NCBI GenBank assembly: GCA_964016885.1
Contig: OZ024741.1
Span: 277,388,001-277,452,000, forward strand
Source: Eledone cirrhosa
Lineage: Eukaryota
Length of the DNA stretch: 64,000 nucleotides
Reading direction: 5' to 3'
Shown here: positions 50,310-62,599 of the stretch, piece after piece
Numbering within the stretch: position 1 is the stretch's first letter
How the letters are laid out: every line of letters begins with the position of its first letter
Notes under the pieces: model-generated
Told to the model about the DNA's origin: nothing
The model's input: only the letters and a program-made list of their open reading frames with translations
Databases searched by the model: none
Made by a program: the position numbers and the translations under genes

Positions 50310-53300
50310 TAGACGGTGCTGCAAAATTTTTGGGGCCAGTGGACCCTACGACCTGAACGGGTCATGGTCTTGTAACGTGGCGATGGTGGTGGTGTAGGGA
50401 CAGGCGATGATGGTGGTTCAGGAACAATCGTTCGCTCAACAGGCAAATACGAAGGGGTTCGTGGATCAGGAACCACAGCGTCCGTGTCAAGGTGCGCCTA
50501 CTTAAGCCTGTCTAATGTAACTGTCTCCCTGGACTCCTTAATATCTAACGTGAAATGCTTAGCCGAGCGCGCTAAGACACGGTAAGGTCCAGTGTAAGGC
50601 TGTGAGCGGGGGCTTCACCGTATCATTCCTTACAAAGACATGCGTCCACGAGGCAATATCCCTCGGGACAGCAGTCTTGACAGTTTGTTTCCTAGTGTCC
50701 ATTGGCGGCAAATCCTGGAAATAGGAGCGCAAACGGGACACGTAGGAAGCGTGATCTTGGGCATCAAGATCGATAGGGGCAAGCATTTGCCCGGGCAACG
50801 TCAGAGGGGCACCGTACAGTACTTCGGCCGGTGAAAATCCAAAGTCGACCTTCACCGTTGACCGAATCCCTAGTAGCACAATAGGGAGGTACTCGCTCCA
50901 ATGCGCCGAGTCCATTGAGGCCATTAAAGAGGCCTTCAGTTGGCGGTGAAAACGCTCCACCATACCATTCGAAGCGGGATGGTATGCCGTAGTTCTAATG
51001 CGTTTAGCACCAATTAATTTTGACAGCTCGAGGAAAAGGCTCGACTCGAACTGTCGTCCACGGTCGGTAGTTATTGTGGATGGAACTCCATAACGAGAGA
51101 TCCATCCAGACACAAGAGCACGTGCTGTTGTCTCCGCGGTGATGTTTTTCAAGGGGATGGCCTCAGGCCATCTCGAAAAACGGTCAATGACGGTAAGTAG
51201 ATAAGAAAAACCATCGCTGACAGGCCAAGGTCCCACTATGTCAATATGAATATGTGAAAAACGCGCATCTGGGTTAGCAAAGGTACCCAGGGGAGCCTTG
51301 ACGTGTCGATGGACCTTTGATCTCTGGCAAGCGACGCAGGAACGGCACCAAGCAGCAATTTCACGCCTCATATTTGGCCAGAAAAATCTAGCTGATATGA
51401 GCTTTGCTGTGGCAGAAGATCCTGGATGCGAGATACAATGTAATCCCAGAAACACGGTCCGACGATGATTCTCTGGAACGAAGGGCCTAGGCACGTCCAA
51501 ACAGACATCGCAGAGAATTTGGCCAACTGCAGTCGACAGAGGCAAGTATTTCATCTTGCAATTCGCAAACTCGGGCGATGTGACATCCAATGACTCAAGG
51601 GGAGGCTGATCCGCAGCCAAACGAGTCAGATCTATGTCAGAGGATGACGAGATCGCTGTCACGGGTAAGCGGGACAAAGCATCGGCCGCTGTATTTAGTG
51701 AACCCGGAATGTGCTGGATATCACTCGTATATTGCGAGATGAAATCAAGGTGTCTCGTCTCTCTGGGCGAGTATTTATCAGCCTTCGCTCTCAAAGCAAA
51801 AGTCAATGGTTTATGGTCAGTGAGGATAGTAAATTGTCTGCCCTCTAGCACATGTGAAAAATGTTTCACGGCCAAATAGATGGCTAAAAGCTCTCTTCCA
51901 AAGGTGCTGTAGCGCGTCTCAGCAGGATTTAGCTTTTTGGAAAAAAAACTCCAGCGGTTGCTGGTGACCATTGATGTTTTGCTGTAGTACTGCGCCCACA
52001 ACGATATCCGATGCATCAACACAAAGCGTTAGCTTTGCACCGGGTACCGGGTGAGTCAGTAACGAAGCATTAGCCAAAACAGTTTTGGCGTGCTGAAAAT
52101 CAGCAAGTTGAGTGTCTGTCAAAGAAATATCTTTGTTCTTCCTCCGACAATTTTTCAAAATTTCTGTCAGGGAGAAAAGCAATTTTGCACAATTTGGCAC
52201 GAAACGCCTATAAAAGTTAACCAGACCTAAGAGCTGGCGTAACTGACGTAGTGAGATCGGTGGAGGCAAATCCTCTATGACCTTAACTCGCTCAGGCCGG
52301 GGTCGAATACCGTCAGCATCGATGACGTGACCCAAGAAAGTCAGTGACTCAGCGCCAAAAACACATTTGGGTGCATTAAGCTGCACGTTATACGCCTTCA
52401 ATCGGCGGAAAAGAAAATTCAAATGGTGCGTATGCTGCTCTGGAGAAGAACTAGCAATGAGCAGATCGTCAATATAGGTATAGACGAAATCGAGGCCGCG
52501 AGTAACCTCATCCATAAACCGCTGAAAAGTACTAGCGGCATTCCTTAATCCGAACGGCATAGTCAAAAACTCGAAAGACCCAAATGGCGTAACTATAGCC
52601 GTTTTTGGAATGTCATTTTTATGGACAGGAATTTGATGGTACGCACGAATTAAATCCAGCTTGGAGAATATCTTGCATCCCTGCAACGAAGACGCAAAGT
52701 CTTGCAGATGAGGGATAGGATAACGGTCCGGTACCGTTATCGAATTCAGGCGTCGATAATCTCCAGTAGGTCTCCAATCGCCATTCGCTTTCGGTATCAT
52801 GTGTAATGGGGACGCCCACGGGCTCGTGGACGGACGAATAATCCCCATTTGCAGCATATGATCAAACTCTGATCGTGCTGCTTTGAGTTTGTCCGGAGGC
52901 AAGCGACGAGGACGAGAGAAAACGGGAGCACCAGTTGTAGATATGAAATGCTCCGTGGTATGAGTTGGTTCATCAAATCGAAAATTTCCCCGAGTCAGTT
53001 GCGGGAACGAGTTCAACAACGCATGGAAAGGATCACCGGTGTTAGCAAGAAAAAATGTCGGGCTAACCGTTGGAACTCCTGCTGCCTTGCCAACAACAGT
53101 TAATCCAGTGATGCCATCGATTAGGCGTTTACGACGAAGGTCCACCGTCAATGAAAAATGGTGGAGAAAATCCGCGCCTAGAATCAGATACGGCAAGGCA
53201 GCGACAGTAAATATCCATTTAAACTCGCGCCGCAGATTACGAAACTGCAAAGGTAACGAGATTTGTCCGAAAGTTCGAATCGGCGAACAATTTACTGCCT

Positions 53301-53490
53301 GCAACTCAATAGGCGTCTCAGGGGGAGTCTCCTTCATACAACACACAGGCCATACGGAACAAGCTGCACCTGTGTCAACCAGAAAAGCTCTACCTGACAG
53401 CAGGTCCTCAATGAAAAAGTGGCGGTTAGATGTTGTTTCGCAGAGCGCACTATCCGCCGTTAGTGACTCTAGTCGTCTTTTCCCTCGTAA
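50310..53490 (-). pseudogene. pol: Gypsy pol (protease, RT, RNase H, integrase) with frameshifts
   Basis: [77 protein letters not shown]; frameshifts near 51945 and 50600. Confidence 0.95.
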
Positions 53491-54227
53491 GCACAAGGAG
53501 GCCTACAACGGGCGGCTTTTTTACCATATCTTTCATGGTAATAACAATATGGTGTTCCTGGTGTGTTGGAAGGGCTACGGTGGCGAGAAGTTGAATAACG
53601 TCGTGAGCGGCTCCTCTGCCGTCCAAAGGACCTGAATTCCTTGCACAACTCCGCCATTTGACGAGTCATGGCTTCCATTGTGGTGATTAAATTGCCATCA
53701 GACGCTGATGAGCGTGATTGGGGAAGAGAACGTACTTTGGCTTCGAAGTGTCTCTCTTCGTCACCTCTACAATTTTGTCAGCAGAGACAGCAATGTGATC
53801 CAGGGTATTCACCTCTAGCATATGGGCTAGGATCGCCTGTACCTCTTGAGGTAGGCGAGAGAAGAACAATTGCTTCAGGAAAGGGCTATCCTGATCTTGG
53901 GAATCGCTCAAATCCCGCAAATGCCGGAGAAAAGCGGTAGGGGTCCTGTCACCTAATCGTTCGTCCTCGATCAATGACCGAAAACGACTCTCTACCGACT
54001 TACAATTCCTCCTCAAAATCTCGCCCTTCAAAAACTCATACGTCAAGTCAGAGGGGGGGGTCTGTAATTAGGTCTTGGACCGAATCTGCTAGATTAGGGG
54101 GAAGGCCGCTAATCAGTACAGCGAGGCGTTGGTCAGATTCGGTCTTACAGACCGTAAAATACGCCTGTAACTGGGCAAACCACATCTTAGGTTTTCCAGT
54201 AAAGGCGGGCAAATGTGGCACATTCAT
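53469..54227 (-). pseudogene. gag: Gypsy gag with frameshifts
   Basis: [54 protein letters not shown]. Confidence 0.9.
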
Positions 54228-55087
54228 GTTAACTTTTATAAAAAAATATATACATATATATCTAAACAGCAATTAATGTACCCTTGTATAGTGAAAAGAG
54301 AACAGCCAATATTGAGAAAAAGTTAAAGGGCAAAAAGAAACAGACATTCAAAACATAAGGAAATATGAAAAATACAGATATATATCTTTTAAAAAAAAAT
54401 TTTCCTTCAACGTCTGTCCCCTCGCGTTGCTTCAACGAACCAGCCAAATCAAATAAGGTAAAAAAGAGGAGGAAAAAAAATGTTTGTTTTTTTTTAAATA
54501 TATCCGCGTTGGATATCAACAAAGGTAGCCAGTGGCTAAAAATCCCTTAGAAAAAGGTAAGGCATGTATATCCTCATGCGGGGCAGTTATGTTCACAAAA
54601 AAAAGTTTAGTCTCTTCTCTCTTGATCAGTCATGGAACACACACGCAATTCAAAAAATGTGTCCGTTACAAAACTGGGAAGGAACGCAACGCCACCTTGG
54701 ACAAATACACTTTTTTCTTTTTTCTTTTGTAAGTTGCGAAAAAGTTGGCAACGGAAATGGAATATTCAAGTGAATAAAAAAAAAAGTTGCTCTAAATTAT
54801 CGACACGAATGAATCGTTTTGATATTTCCGATGTGTGGTGGTTTGCGTCGGTAAGGCCATGAAGCTGCCACTCACCATTCCCTGTTTTGGTCAGTGGTTA
54901 AACAATGTTGTCGCTGCTGCTGCCGTCGTTGTTGTTGTCGAGTGTAGCAAAAAGTTTTTGAAATACTACTAATTTTTCAATAATTTTAAAAGGAATATTT
55001 TTTATTTTCGCAAGTTGCGAAAAAAAGGCCGGCAATGTGGCAATATAAGTTCAGCTGAATTTAAAAGAAGGGCTGCATTAAATTCTT

Positions 55088-55100
55088 ACGTCGGTCACCA
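55088..55100 (-). promoter_or_regulatory. Primer binding site, tRNA-Trp-like
   Basis: TGGTGACCGACGT directly after the 5' LTR; canonical Trp PBS is TGGTGACCCCGACGT. Confidence 0.65.
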
Positions 55101-55505
55101 CTTTAACAGTATTAGTTATAGATGTTATCGAGATACGAGTGACATAATAATTATTTCAACAGCAGAAATTAGAGATGAAATATACGTTTATTTTTTGATG
55201 TAGCACAAACAATGGTGTTGTACAGAGGCTGGTTTCTTGCGTGTGATCAGTCGGCTTTTCAGTGGCTGTCTGTCTTTTCTTTCTGGCGTTCCTAACCGGC
55301 GTTGTTCTATCAAGGAGCGTGAGGCGTCTTACTACAATTGTGTTAAGGTTTTTACAAGTTTTAACTTTTTTTTAATAGAATGTTGTAGTTTGCTCTAACG
55401 TATTGTGTATTGTGTATAATGTAGAAAACAATTTGTTTTAAGAAGGCTAAGACTATGCGAAATGGACTGTAACATTTAGTTTAAATGAAGACGTTTGTGT
55501 GTTAC

Positions 55506-55565
<60 letters not shown>

Positions 55566-55571
<6 letters not shown>

Positions 55572-56036
55572 TAAGAGATTAAAGTTTAAGCAAAGAATCG
55601 CTGCTTTCACCCTTAACGGGATCTTCTGAAACTAACAAAGTCAATCTGTAAACGCAGAACTGGATATTTCAAAAAACGTTGCAACCGGAGGAAGACAGGA
55701 AGACGATACTTTGGTTCGTGGAAACGTTCGCTGGCAAAGAACGGGAAAAAACGAATATAATACGTCATTAATAGGAGCGGTGAAAAACAATTACGCGCAA
55801 AGACAGAACCACGTTTATGGTATAAAAGAGGTCGTAGACTAATGTTCTCTTAGGTGGTACATAGAGACGTTCTCTGGCAATGAACGAAAAAACGAAGATA
55901 ATACGTCATATGTGGAGCGTAGCGAACAATAGCACGCAAAGACAAAACCACGTAAATGGTATAGCAGAAGTCGCAGACTAAAATTCTAACTAGGAGACCG
56001 AATGAATCTCCGCTACAGAGTTAAGGACAAAGTAAA
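55566..56036 (-). mobile_element. Solo PLE 3' end with CAGAAGA hammerhead (55583-55633)
   Basis: Reverse complement of about 27815-28290; (TA)n on both sides. Confidence 0.85.
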
Positions 56037-56559
56037 TATATATATATATATATATATTCGACCGCGTATATTTAAAACCGGACTACTTGAAACCGCGTAA
56101 GTTGTTTTCCAATGTATAATGGACTTCATAAGTATTTCACTGGTTTCCATTTTGTCGATCCTAGAAGATTAAATAACATAGTTGTTATCAACTTAAAGAG
56201 TGACCTAATGTTTTGTAATAACATATGTCCTGGGTGTGGATGGAAGAATTGAATTTAACGATACGATTCATTCGTGTGATAAACAGCATCATGTCTCGAA
56301 TCTAGTGTATATTAATCATATGCCTACAATAGTGTACAAAATAAAGTACTAGTAATACACTGGGATAATTGCTGGCCTTGTGCCAAAAACAATTATTACC
56401 AGAAATATATATCAAACTCATCCCATATTCTATTTGGCATTTTTAGAGAGTGTAAAGAAATACTTGAATTTCTGTTTATATGTTGACGTGAATTACGAAA
56501 ATGAAAACATGGTGTATAATAGTTATTTTTAGGTAAATCTTGGGAAATAAATAATTTTC

Positions 56560-56762
56560 TATATAGATGATAAACACAACCACAAGAATATGGTCCGAAC
56601 GTGGAAGAGCCAAACTCCCACTGTCATCGCCTCCATCTCTCTGTATGGTGAGCAAATGGGGTCCCACGTGCTGACCTCTCCACAGCCCTGGCGGACAGAA
56701 TGGAGAAGGCGTTTCCCTGGAGGATGGCGAGGGAGATGCGCTGGAAGAGCCATTCCGTTAAA
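56560..56762 (-). pseudogene. 3' remnant of a CRE-like (RLE) non-LTR element
   Basis: EWLFQRISLAILQGNAFSIL matches the conserved C-terminal motif L.QRLS.A.QRGNA..IL. Confidence 0.6.
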
Positions 56763-57699
56763 CATACAGAAAAAGAAAGCAGTGTTGCCATAAATGTATC
56801 GATAATAAAAATGTCGACATATACTTTTCTCAGCAGCATGTTCTTCAAAAGATTTGTGTTATTTGACTTTCTCTCAATGTCGACGTCACAAGGACCAATT
56901 CATTTTTTTTATGAGGGTGGGGTGGGAATGGTGTAGCGTGACTGAGTTGAAAACAATCTGGGGAACGTCATCAATATTGCAAGTTCAGAGATAATTTCAC
57001 ACTTTTGTTTCTGATAGAACATCGCTGAATGGTTAAGACGTTCGGCTGCCAATCACGAGGCTCCGCGTTTGTTTCCAATGCGTGGCATCTTGGGCAAGTG
57101 TTTTGTTTTTGTTTTGTTCTGATTTGTTTTTAATTTTGTCTGTAATAAAAATTTTGACTTTTTTTGTGATAAAAATTTTGAATTTTTGTTTTGGGGTGTG
57201 ATGAAAATTTTATTTTATTTTATTGTATTTTATCTTTTGTGATGAAATTTTAATGTTTTTGCGTGTGATAAAAATTTTGACGTAAAAAAAAATAAAGGAT
57301 GTCACCCAAAATGGGCCCATCCTAAAGAATAACCCACGTGGTATTCGACCTGCTAGAAATAGCACCTAAATAGCACTGAATTTACAGTCTAACCTTTTGG
57401 ATAATGTATTCCTCGATATAAAATGTACGAGAGAAGGACGGAATGTTGTGCTTTTTTTGTTTTATATTGATTTTGTTTGTTTGTTTTATTATAATCTTGA
57501 GTCAATCAGGAGAGTGGAATCGGGTGACAGAAATTGTTTCGAAGCCCGTTGAATGGACTGTACCTGTAATTCATTAGGGTCTGCCTGATCACACGCTATG
57601 TCAAGCTGAATCTCGCTGGAAATTATATTAAGTGTACAAGTGCCTGAGGAATGTTCTGCTACTTATATGCAACATTAATGAGGTCAGTTGGTCAAACAC

Positions 57700-57880
57700 C
57701 AGGACGTAGCATGGCTAAATGGATAAGAGATTCGCTTCGCAATCTTTAGGTTCTGGACTCGATCCCACTGCGTGACATCTTGGACAAATGTTATGCTTTT
57801 TTTTTAACCATAACCTCGGGTCGGCCCGGAGTTTGCGAGTGAGTTGGGTCGACGGAAACTGTATGGAAGTCCGTCGGATT
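57700..57880 (+). mobile_element. Second tRNA-derived SINE family (related copy at about 57015-57560)
   Basis: A/B boxes, CACTGCGTGACATCTTGGACAA, tail GACGGAAACTG..GAAG.CCGT. Confidence 0.6.
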
Positions 57881-58572
57881 AACTGAAGCAGTAATTCACA
57901 AGTCCAGTCTTAATACACACTTTGTCATGCTGAATCTTCCTCCGGGAATTATGTTAAGGCAGTGTGTCCAAACCTTTTCACTACCGAGGTCATCGAAAAT
58001 TGAAAGGGAGGTATATTTATACTTGGAGTAGAATTGATATTACGTTTTTAACAAAGTATTTGAAATTTTGGAATTAGATCTCCCGTAGTGGATCTATGAG
58101 AGGAATCGCTGTGTTAATGATACTCGTGTCTGTGCAATTTTTAGCCACTCACAAGTTAATTTAACTAATATGCCGCTTTACTTGTTGCTTAAACTAAGTA
58201 TATATATTTTTTGTCACGCAGCGAATTGGCAGAGTCGTTAGAACGTCGCATAGAATGCCTTGTGGTATTTGTTCCAGTTCTCTACTCTCTGAGTTCAAAT
58301 CCCGCTGAGGTCAACTTTGCCTTTCGAGGTCGATAAAAAAGTACCAGTCTAGTACTGGGATTGATTCTTCCTCTACATTTCTTTCTCACTCCCTTCCTCT
58401 CTTTCATTTTCTATCCTTCTCTGGAAGAAATGGGCTATGTCCAGACATTGAGAGGGATGGGCTCCACTATGTTTAAAATGCCCAAGAAACGTTTAACCCT
58501 TTGGCAGGAGTTACGGGACCATACTATATCATATATTTTTTTATTGAGTTTACATATAATATAATTTAAAGA

Positions 58573-58722
58573 ATGCTTTCCATATATGTAAAGGCAGTGT
58601 ATGCCTTTCCATATATGTAAAGGCAGTGTATGCCTTTCCATATATGTAAAGGCAGTGTATGCCTTTCCATATATGTAAAGGCAGTGTATGCCTTTCCATA
58701 TATGTAAAGGCAGTGTATGCCT
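58573..58722. repeat. 29-bp tandem repeat, 5 copies, with a palindromic unit
   Basis: ATGCCTTTCCATATATGTAAAGGCAGTGT. Confidence 0.95.
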
Positions 58723-58839
58723 ACAGTATTTCTATGTATACAGTTTTTCAATAATTAAAAAGAATTTATCTTCATAAAAAATTTATCTGATAAAGTTTCT
58801 TTGAACAAAGTAAAAAGGCGGAGCATAATATTTTTATTA

Positions 58840-58910
<71 letters not shown>

Positions 58911-59909
58911 TGTGTGTGTGTTTTAATACAGAGTTAGAGACAGATAGGTAAACAGACAGAGGCCTAGAGATGTATATACAGGTATGTATACACAAACACA
59001 TATATATATACATAATATGTACGTAGATGTAAGTACATATATATATACATACATGTATATACATATGTATGTGTGTGTACATACATGTATATATATAGAC
59101 ATATATATATATACATAACACATACATTCATATAAAAAAATAAAAGAGCATTTCTTTGATCAGTCAGTTCTGCCAGAATCAATAAGCAATTAACGAAGTG
59201 TTTAATTGATTGATTTCTATGAGATGTAAGATATAAATACATTCGTTTCTTAGTGACGTCAGCAAATTCGGTACAGATTGTTCCGTAATTGGAGACTACG
59301 GTGTTAAGTCTGCGAGTAAACGACTGGCGTCTCCTCACTAATGTGCAAAGAGTCTATAAACGCTTTTGCTTCTTGTTGCTCTAGTTGTTGTTGGTGGTGT
59401 TGGTGGTGGTATTGTTGTCATTTTTTGTTTGTTTGTAGTTTTTGTGGTTGATTTTATTATTGCTATTGTGGTTGTTTGGGTTTTTTTGTTGTTGTGCTTG
59501 TAGTTTTTTTTTTGGTTTTTGTTTTTTTTGTTTTGTTTTTGGTGTGAGTTTGTATGTATGTATGCGTGTTTTTTTGTTTTTCGTTTCTTTTTTTTTGTTG
59601 TTAACTGAATGCAAAAGATCGGGAATATGAAAAAAACAAAGGGCAGACAAGCTGGTTGTTTTTTTTTTGTGTTGTGTTGTTGTTGTTTTTGTTTTTTTGT
59701 TTTTTTTTGTTTTTTTTTGTTTTGTTTTTTGTTAACACCAGTGCTTAATAACATCATTCTAGCTTCTAACTTCACTTCTAACACCAAAACACCCAAGACT
59801 TAGTATTCATCGCGTGTTGTAAATGATGGATGATGGTGAAGAAGATTTTTGACGGCTCAATATTATAGAAATAATAGCATCTGTCACCCACCCCACCTTC
59901 CCAAAATGG

Positions 59910-60170
59910 AAAGGAGCCGATCGTCAGATCGGACCAAGAAAACTATGTTTCTGTTGGTTTTTCGATTACGTTACTATCTGTTGCTCACAACTCCTGGTAG
60001 AATTAAGGAGCCGACCGCCAGATCAGATCAAGAAAATTATGTTTCCATTGGTCTTTCTATTGCTCACACCAGGTAGACGAAAGGAACTAATTGTCAGATT
60101 GGACCGAGGAAACAATGTTTCCATTGGTCTTTCCAATGCTGATATTATCTGCTGGTCATAATTTCTGACA
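59910..60170. repeat. Three degenerate direct repeats of 80-95 bp
   Basis: AAGGARC..AT.GTCAGAT.GGACCAAGAAAAC.ATGTTTCCATTGGTCTTTC. Confidence 0.7.
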
Positions 60171-60614
60171 TAATGAAGTGAGATTTGAACTCGGAACACA
60201 TAGAACCTGATCAAATATCGCGAAGCATTCTGTCCACAGACCCCCCCCCCCTTGGATTAATAATTTACTTATTAACCCACAAAGGACGAAATTTGAACTC
60301 ACGGTGCAGTAGGTTTTTTTTTCAATTCTGGTACTTATTTTAACGATCGATATTTGTCGAACAGCTAGCTTACTGGACATAAGCCAAATTTAAACGCACA
60401 TAAAGACATACACGCAAGAGTATATGTGTGCGTGTGGAGAGGAGTGATTCCTCGCAGGCGCCCCTGTCCCCTTTTTCCGTAGTCATTTACGTTGGGACGA
60501 CTGCAGATAGATTTTCAAATTTTCTCAATACATCTTAAATCAACCTGTTGTTTATATATATATAAACCAACAGGTGCGTGTGTTTTTATTGGCAACAAGA
60601 CCCTCCCAAAGTAT

Positions 60615-60647
<33 letters not shown>

Positions 60648-61090
60648 CTGTTTATGGTGAAACATTCTCTCTGAGTCTTTACAGGTGTTGTACAGTTATA
60701 AAGGTGGGTTTATGCATCTTGATTAATCTCTTTAATTATAATGTACTTCCCATAACTGTCGTAGTTTTAGGTTAACGCTTGATATAGCAGGAAGAGGGTC
60801 TTCTTTTTTAACGTTTCGGACGCTAGTCCTTCATCAGAAGAAAGAATGAGAAATAAGATAGTTTGAGGGGACGGGTGGGATGGAATTGGAAAAAATGTCT
60901 TTAGATAGAAATAACAGGTCCTTTCATGTTGACATCTCTTGCAAAACTGTTGGTGCTGGCGTTTTGTGTATGATTTATTTTTTAGAAAAGTGGATGATGG
61001 AGCGCGTCTACCTGAAATGGAAAAAAACCGTTTTGTAAAAAGAGCTATACTTGTGCACGTGCGTAAGCATATGTGTGTGTGTGTGTGTGT

Positions 61091-61136
<46 letters not shown>

Positions 61137-61380
61137 ATACGTCCGTATGAAGCTAAGAAGAAATGTGTGTATATGTGAGTAAAAGAGTGTGTGTGCATGT
61201 AAGTACGAAGCTATGAGCAAAAGTATGTTAATATAAGGGTGTGTATGTGTGTATACAGAGCAGTGAAGGGAAAAGTGGAGTGAGCATATATAGTCGGCAT
61301 GTATTAGTTGTAAGAGAAGCTGGTAATGATCAAGATAGGAATCAAATGTGTATATATATGTGTGTGTGTGTATAGAAATA
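60648..61380 (-). mobile_element. PLE-type 3' UTR with hammerhead (60806-60841)
   Basis: 60767-60921 matches 25214-25361; CTGATGA-AGGACTAGCGTCC-GAAAC-GTT. Confidence 0.7.
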
Positions 61381-61382
61381 AG

Positions 61383-61608
61383 ATTTCGCTTCAAGCATAG
61401 CTTGATACAATATGTATAGAAATTTCGTATTTCTGAAGAAATACGGTTTCAGGAAGCTGTAGCTATGCAAACACCGGAGCTAACGCCCTCTGGTGGCTGT
61501 CCCCCTTGCTTCTGTTGGACACCACCAGAGGGCGTTAGCCCCGGTGTTTGCGTAGCTACGGCTTCCTAAAACCGTATTTCTTTAGAAATACGAAATTTCT
61601 ATACATAT
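61383..61608. mobile_element. Fold-back pLTR palindrome beginning just downstream of the hammerhead cleavage site
   Basis: Arms 61410-61496 / 61522-61608; same family as 14088-14280. Confidence 0.85.
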
Positions 61609-61619
61609 ATATGTATATA

Positions 61620-61701
<82 letters not shown>

Positions 61702-61702
<1 letters not shown>

Positions 61703-62048
61703 GTGTGTATAATGGTAGCTATGGTGCTTCCATAGGCGGTATGCCAAAATTAGCACTCAATATTCATACAGAGCAGAGTGTGAAAAGTATAAAAAAACGA
61801 AAGGTCAGTGATGCATTGGACTCAGTTTATAGCGTGTTACAATTGTTTCGCCGGCAGGTAGCTCAAGACATGATCATTGTATGGATCTGGTTGATTCTAC
61901 GGCTGCAGGTTCCTTCGGACACATGCAAATCGTAGAATCATCCAGATCCATACAGTGATCATGTCTCGAGCTACCTGCCGGCGAAATAATTGTAACACGC
62001 TATAAACTGAGTCCAGATGCATCACTGATTTTTCGTTTTTTTTATACT
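61702..62048. mobile_element. Fold-back palindrome with a degenerate hammerhead and an 85-bp tail
   Basis: Arms 61786-61901 / 61931-62048; TGT-CTYGA-GCT..GGC-GAAAY-AATT-GTA^ACA. Confidence 0.8.
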
Positions 62049-62075
62049 ATATATATATTTATATATATATATATA

Positions 62076-62261
62076 ACAAAGGAAATGTGGTAAGGAACCA
62101 GATGGACCATAACGCACCAGAGTACTCAATACTTAGGGTAGTAGAATGGGAATAGGAAAAAGTATGACCCTGACGGCAGAGCTGAAGCCGTTTCGACTAT
62201 TTCTGGACTAAGAAATAGCCGTCGAAACGGCTTGAGCTATGCCGTCGGGGTCATACTTTTT

Positions 62262-62264
<3 letters not shown>
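62076..62264. mobile_element. Fold-back pLTR palindrome, same family as 29503-29706
   Basis: Same tail start (AACRAAGGAAATGTGGTAAGG) and same short-arm end (TTCCTAT). Confidence 0.85.
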
Positions 62265-62342
<78 letters not shown>

Positions 62343-62392
62343 TGAAAGAGTGAAAAATAACATGGTCAACAGTACAAAAAAGGGTTTTATTT

Positions 62393-62507
62393 ACAGTATT
62401 AACAATTGTTTCACTGATTAGTTGTCTAAACATTGCCGAACACTTGAAGCTGTGCCACTCAATTTTAAATACGATATTAGCTTAACCAGATCATCAGAAA
62501 GGACTGT
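62393..62507 (-). ncRNA. Type-I hammerhead with long stem II
   Basis: ACAGT..TT-CTGATGA-T-CTGGTTA...TAATCAG-T-GAAAC-AATT-GTT^AA.ACTGT. Confidence 0.65.
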
Positions 62508-62599
62508 TAAAAACATACTTAGCGTTTACGAATTCAAATTACAAACTCTGCTGAGAGGACTACACTCGCTTATCAGTTTATAGAGCCTGGTGCACTTTT

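Larger units (their letters stand above)
49842..55336 (-). mobile_element. Full-length Ty3/Gypsy LTR retrotransposon
   Basis: 235-bp LTRs (49842-50076, 55102-55336) with 3 differences seen; TSD ATTG(T); PBS; gag and pol in PR-RT-RH-IN order. Confidence 0.96.

Noticed and set aside
58361-58564. Exon after a polypyrimidine tract
   Set aside because: It is the alternative SINE tail, repeated at about 25530-25905, 45795-45960 and 46950-47080.
58573-58722. CRISPR array
   Set aside because: Palindromic repeats but no variable spacers, no cas genes, and a eukaryotic context.
59253-59261. CRE (TGACGTCA) sites at about 39696, 48176 and 59254 as promoter evidence
   Set aside because: Isolated 8-mers with no associated gene start.
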